From Fimbriimonadales bacterium (lineage in GTDB: Bacteria > Armatimonadota > Fimbriimonadia > Fimbriimonadales > ATM1), in the NCBI GenBank assembly GCA_041744215.1, contig JBGTLG010000001.1, forward strand, positions 1 through 17,663: a DNA stretch of 17,663 nucleotides, given 5' to 3'. Under the pieces are notes generated by a model, which did not search any database, had not been told where the DNA came from, and saw only the letters and a list, made by a program, of their open reading frames with translations. How positions within the stretch are numbered: the first letter of the stretch is position 1; each line of letters begins with the position of its first letter. A program made the position numbers and the translations under genes. This document shows, piece after piece, positions 14,008 through 17,663 of this stretch.

Positions 14008-15912
14008 TCACTCCTTCGGAGTCACCCTCATCACCGTCGGTGGCTTTGGCTCAACAGGGACGAAATGCGCTGGTCCTGGCCACAAGGAAGCTGAGCGTTG
14101 AAGCTCTCGCAGCACTTTGCCCGAATCTGCTATCCACCCAGCGTCCATCGCATACGGATACCTCCGTTTGTCTCCCTGTGGGTACAGCACTGAATCGGCG
14201 GACCTGGTGAGCAGAGTGCTGAGATCAGCATCCCCCGTATTCCGATCATGGAAGGTGGGCTTCAAATTCGCTTCCATATTACTCATGAGCACGAGGAATC
14301 GCACCCACCGGTGCTGTTCGAAATCAAAACCCAGAAATGCCTTTCCGGCAAGTTCTCCGCGATCAAGCAACTCATCAACCATTTCCTTCGGCATGTCGAG
14401 ATTGAGTCCTCCCTCCTTGGGGCGAAGCGGCAAAAACACGATCCGTTCTCGATATCCGGGAAGTCGAGATTGCATGGTATCGCGAAAATTCTGGGCGGAA
14501 CTAAATATCGCCCCCAAGAAGCCCAACGTTGATCTGATCGGTTTGGACAATTCGGCGATGTGCGCGTCCGCACGGTGCATAAATGGTCGGATGACTTCGG
14601 ATGGCCCTTCCTCTTGCGAAACCTGTCTTGGTTGCACGTCTACCAACTGGATGCCAAATGTCGGCCGGGAAGGAATCCAGTTATCGAAGAAGTGGATCGG
14701 AAAGTTGCTTGAGATGCCTCCGTCGCTGAATAACGAAATCGACAGTTCTTCTCGAGGCCGCTTGATGGGGACAGAACTACCGTCCTTCGTATTGCCGCGA
14801 AAGGCAGGAAAGCTGTACAGTCTCACTGCGCTTATCAATAATGGAAAGCTCAAGCTCATGCGCGCGGCGACGACTACGGGCAGCTCTTCGGATGGCAGCG
14901 GATGCCAGCCGTCGGGTAGTGAACGCACTGGTGGTGTCCTATTAGCTGAGGCCATCGCTACCACCACCTCACGCGGAAACAGCCGATTCATGTCTTCTTC
15001 TGCGAAAACATACTCGTCGGTCTCGAGGGGCAATCGGTAGGGACGTTCCCGTGAGACGTTTGTTGTCATCATGGCAAGTTCGATGCCCTCTTCTTGCAGC
15101 CGGCTGAAGTTAAGAAGTTCACTCTCCTCCTCTCCGAATGCGACGTACTGGATCGCCCATGTGAGCCAATCGGTCAACACGCCGTCCTCGGACGCGTGCG
15201 CGCCTGGTTCGTGCCCGAAGCAGATTCCGAATTCAGTCTGATTTGGGAGAGTTCGACTAACTATTCTCAGTATCGCCCAGAGCCCGCCGATCGCACCACC
15301 CAAGAGTGCGAAGATAATGAAAGGAATGACGCCGGCAGGAGAGAAGAGTGAAAGATTCAGAGTTTCGCGCCACGAGGAGCCTGGTGGCGAGAGTGCGTAC
15401 GTCTGGAGCCAAGCGAACAGAATCCATAAGCCAATGCCAAGAATTGTTCCCACCAACGTCGGGCCGGTCGCCCAGCGCCACAGCGTGCCGTAGACGCGCG
15501 CCATGCGAAGTAGCAAGGGCCCCTGAGCGGCTGCCTTTCGAATCACTTCCAGAAGCGCGGCAGTACGCCTGTCCGGCTTAAATCTCTTGAGAATTTCGCC
15601 CGGTTCCGACAACGCCTTACCAACCTCGACCAACCTGGAGAAGCACGGGTGGAGCCCGTTCATAGGCCTGGCGGTCGGATTCCGCTGACGCCCGTATTCG
15701 GCAGCTGCCGTGAGTGCAGCAGCAATTGCGCCAGCGGACGTTCCTCCGATCGATGCGAACCTATATTTCTTGGAGAGCTCTGCGATAGCAGTTGGGTAGA
15801 CGATTCCGCTCGCAATGCCGCCCTTCATTATCAGATCGCACTGCGGGAGTTGGCTTGCGTCGATCGCTTGCCCCTCGGCTACTTGGCCAGGATTCGATTC
15901 GCGTTCACCCAC
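14008..15912 (-). CDS. Patatin-like phospholipase with an internal two-TM insertion (634 aa)
   Basis: KGGIASG oxyanion loop, GTSAG nucleophile elbow, ARMSLSFP and SDGGISSNFP (DGG); two hydrophobic segments lie between the catalytic motifs. Confidence 0.92.
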   Translation of the reverse strand: MGERESNPGQVAEGQAIDASQLPQCDLIMKGGIASGIVYPTAIAELSKKYRFASIGGTSAGAIAAALTAAAEYGRQRNPTARPMNGLHPCFSRLVEVGKALSEPGEILKRFKPDRRTAALLEVIRKAAAQGPLLLRMARVYGTLWRWATGPTLVGTILGIGLWILFAWLQTYALSPPGSSWRETLNLSLFSPAGVIPFIIFALLGGAIGGLWAILRIVSRTLPNQTEFGICFGHEPGAHASEDGVLTDWLTWAIQYVAFGEEESELLNFSRLQEEGIELAMMTTNVSRERPYRLPLETDEYVFAEEDMNRLFPREVVVAMASANRTPPVRSLPDGWHPLPSEELPVVVAARMSLSFPLLISAVRLYSFPAFRGNTKDGSSVPIKRPREELSISLFSDGGISSNFPIHFFDNWIPSRPTFGIQLVDVQPRQVSQEEGPSEVIRPFMHRADAHIAELSKPIRSTLGFLGAIFSSAQNFRDTMQSRLPGYRERIVFLPLRPKEGGLNLDMPKEMVDELLDRGELAGKAFLGFDFEQHRWVRFLVLMSNMEANLKPTFHDRNTGDADLSTLLTRSADSVLYPQGDKRRYPYAMDAGWIADSGKVLRELQRSASLWPGPAHFVPVEPKPPTVMRVTPKE

Positions 15913-15984
15913 TACTCATGTGCTCCAAGCTTTTCCCACTTGCTGGCCCGTCGTCAGAGCGACACCGTCAAGCTGAACACTCCT

Positions 15985-16581
15985 TCACTGTCGCGTCACT
16001 CTCCTTATCGTAATCGGGTGAAATGTCGTACTCGGATCTCGTGCGGCCTCAACCAGGGCCTTGATGCTCTGCTGTGCCTCGACGTACCGTTCGACGTTCA
16101 GTTCCCTCGGTGGAGTAATCGCTTTGTCAATCTCCGGTCCCGCAAGGCCCAGCACCTGCATCTGCCATTGCGCTTCTACGAGTTTCAACTCAGCCGACGC
16201 CGCGATGAAAGGTAAGCTCAGCTTGAAGTCCCTAGTCTTCCTGGCTATTGTGACCGCGAGGCGGATCGCGTACCCGACTTGCAATTCTGTGTTCCCTTCA
16301 TCAAACCGCTTGAAGGCACACCACTCGAGAGTGATAACGCGACGCTCTCGCTCCGATCCTATACTTCCGACGACAGGGATCCGGGCGGAAACTGCTTCGC
16401 TATAGCTAAAGTCGTAGACTCCTGAGTTCGTTTCTGGCAGATCGTCCAAAGTCTGAGGCAATCCGCCATTGGTTTCAATTGGGACGGGTCCATCGTCGCC
16501 ACTCCAAATCTCTACGACGTCCGTTGACGAATCTACGAGGTTCGAGGTTAGTTCTTTTGCAATTTTTTCGGCATTAGTCAT
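15985..16581 (-). CDS. Hypothetical protein (198 aa), tentatively pore-forming-fold-like
   Basis: RBS AAGGAG 8 nt upstream; no signal peptide; beta-rich core RVITLEW...QVGYAIRLAVTI...IAASAEL...QVLGLAG. The CDS is solid; the fold call is speculative. Confidence 0.75.
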   Translation of the reverse strand: MTNAEKIAKELTSNLVDSSTDVVEIWSGDDGPVPIETNGGLPQTLDDLPETNSGVYDFSYSEAVSARIPVVGSIGSERERRVITLEWCAFKRFDEGNTELQVGYAIRLAVTIARKTRDFKLSLPFIAASAELKLVEAQWQMQVLGLAGPEIDKAITPPRELNVERYVEAQQSIKALVEAARDPSTTFHPITIRRVTRQ

Positions 16582-16603
16582 CGTTCATTCTCCTTCGTTT
16601 TAG

Positions 16604-17663
16604 CTACCCACTTGAGTAAGCACCCGTCCACCAGTCATGGCCTTCGTACATCAGCTTCCAAATCCTCGGCTGAACGTCGAAGAACGGGAAGCCAAGGGCT
16701 TCGGCAAACTCCGCTTGAAACTCCTTACTCGCGAAGTACCGCCAAAAAGCGATGCCAGGAAGGCCCAAGTATTCTGATTCGTCGTGAATGGCGATGCAGA
16801 TGCCGTCGCCGTACTCAATCTCACCGAGCGATCCGCTGTCAACCCAAAGCTGCCAAGCGCGATACTCTTGCGCCGGATCGTTGGCAAATGTCAACTTTCC
16901 AACAGGAAACGCGGAGTAGTCCACATCCTCAGGATCGGGCGGATTGCCCCCCGTTGGTATGATGTTCCATCTCGTCTTCCAAGAAACGCCGCCTTCTGAG
17001 GAATTGATATTCTCGTCGTCGTAAAGCGGCCAGTAGGCGCCGAAGATCACCTGCGCCGGCGGTTCGTGCGATGCCGGATGGCCCATGTAGAAGAGGCTAA
17101 GGCAGGACCTGTCGTTATCGGTCGTCATGCCGTTGTCTCCGTATAGTTGGATTCTAGCCACACCGCTTCGGTCCATCGTCAGCCACTGCATGTATCCCAC
17201 GAAAAGCCCGCCGCGGTACTTCCAGTTTCCAAAGCGGTAAAAGCCTACATCGACGTTGGGATCGGGGTCCTCGTCCGGCCAGATGATGCCGTCGAAAACG
17301 CCGTTGCCGTCGTAGAACCCCAGCCTCGAATCGATCGAGGCGTCGCCAGAGAGCAAGTGCTTTTGAAGGTCAAACTCGACCAGTTCCGACATCTCGTACT
17401 GAATCCATTGCTCCGACTGTTCGTCGTAAACCTGGTAGCGACGGTAGCAAAGGAGAAACACTGTCCCACCATCTAGAACGGTTTCGTTGTCTGCCGCCAC
17501 ATGGAGTCTCGCTGTGCCGCTAGTGGTCAGTTTGCATCCGATAAAGTAGGCGGTCTCAGGATTCATTCCGGATTCGATGGCATAGAGGCCCCTGCCTTTT
17601 CCGGTCATCTCCCAAGCGACCCCAACGTCGTCGAATTCTTCGCTCTCCATGATCCCGACCCAG
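16604..17663 (-). CDS. Acidic, aromatic-rich hypothetical protein, probably 5'-truncated by the window edge
   Basis: 348 aa from ATG 17650, but the frame stays open to the window end (W-V-G-I-M...) and no clear RBS precedes that ATG. Confidence 0.75.
   Translation of the reverse strand, partial: WVGIMESEEFDDVGVAWEMTGKGRGLYAIESGMNPETAYFIGCKLTTSGTARLHVAADNETVLDGGTVFLLCYRRYQVYDEQSEQWIQYEMSELVEFDLQKHLLSGDASIDSRLGFYDGNGVFDGIIWPDEDPDPNVDVGFYRFGNWKYRGGLFVGYMQWLTMDRSGVARIQLYGDNGMTTDNDRSCLSLFYMGHPASHEPPAQVIFGAYWPLYDDENINSSEGGVSWKTRWNIIPTGGNPPDPEDVDYSAFPVGKLTFANDPAQEYRAWQLWVDSGSLGEIEYGDGICIAIHDESEYLGLPGIAFWRYFASKEFQAEFAEALGFPFFDVQPRIWKLMYEGHDWWTGAYSSG

Noticed and set aside
14117-15040. 307-aa plus-strand ORF
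   Set aside because: Antisense shadow of the patatin gene, Ser/Arg-rich with no motifs. The same reasoning applies to the other short ORFs nested in or antisense to the LSR, S8, AAA and DUF932 genes.
14008-15912. Patatin as part of a CBASS operon
   Set aside because: No CD-NTase or Cap2/Cap3 gene is in the window, and the protein is much longer than CapV with a TM insertion.

Overview
An accessory, genomic-island-like window. It opens with a large serine recombinase (LSR, 363-2006) whose last ~38 codons recur downstream: an ~88% identical 170-bp copy at 3337, a diverged but in-frame copy at 3587, and possibly only a 9-bp core at 5336. These YGGYGGGCC...CGCACTCTG junctions split the downstream DNA into small segments with no catalytic integrase, two of which carry a membrane-protein plus ~75-aa-protein pair. 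This may be an att-site cassette array. Next come a minus-strand defence block (Mrr-like nuclease, RHH regulator, IetA-like AAA+ ATPase, IetS-like S8 protease), a mobile-element backbone block (DUF932 protein and two small divergent genes) and a minus-strand cluster (partial acidic protein, possible pore-forming-like protein, patatin phospholipase, small protein, M48 metalloprotease). No rRNA, tRNA or CRISPR array was seen. All family calls come from motifs read by eye; no searches were run.
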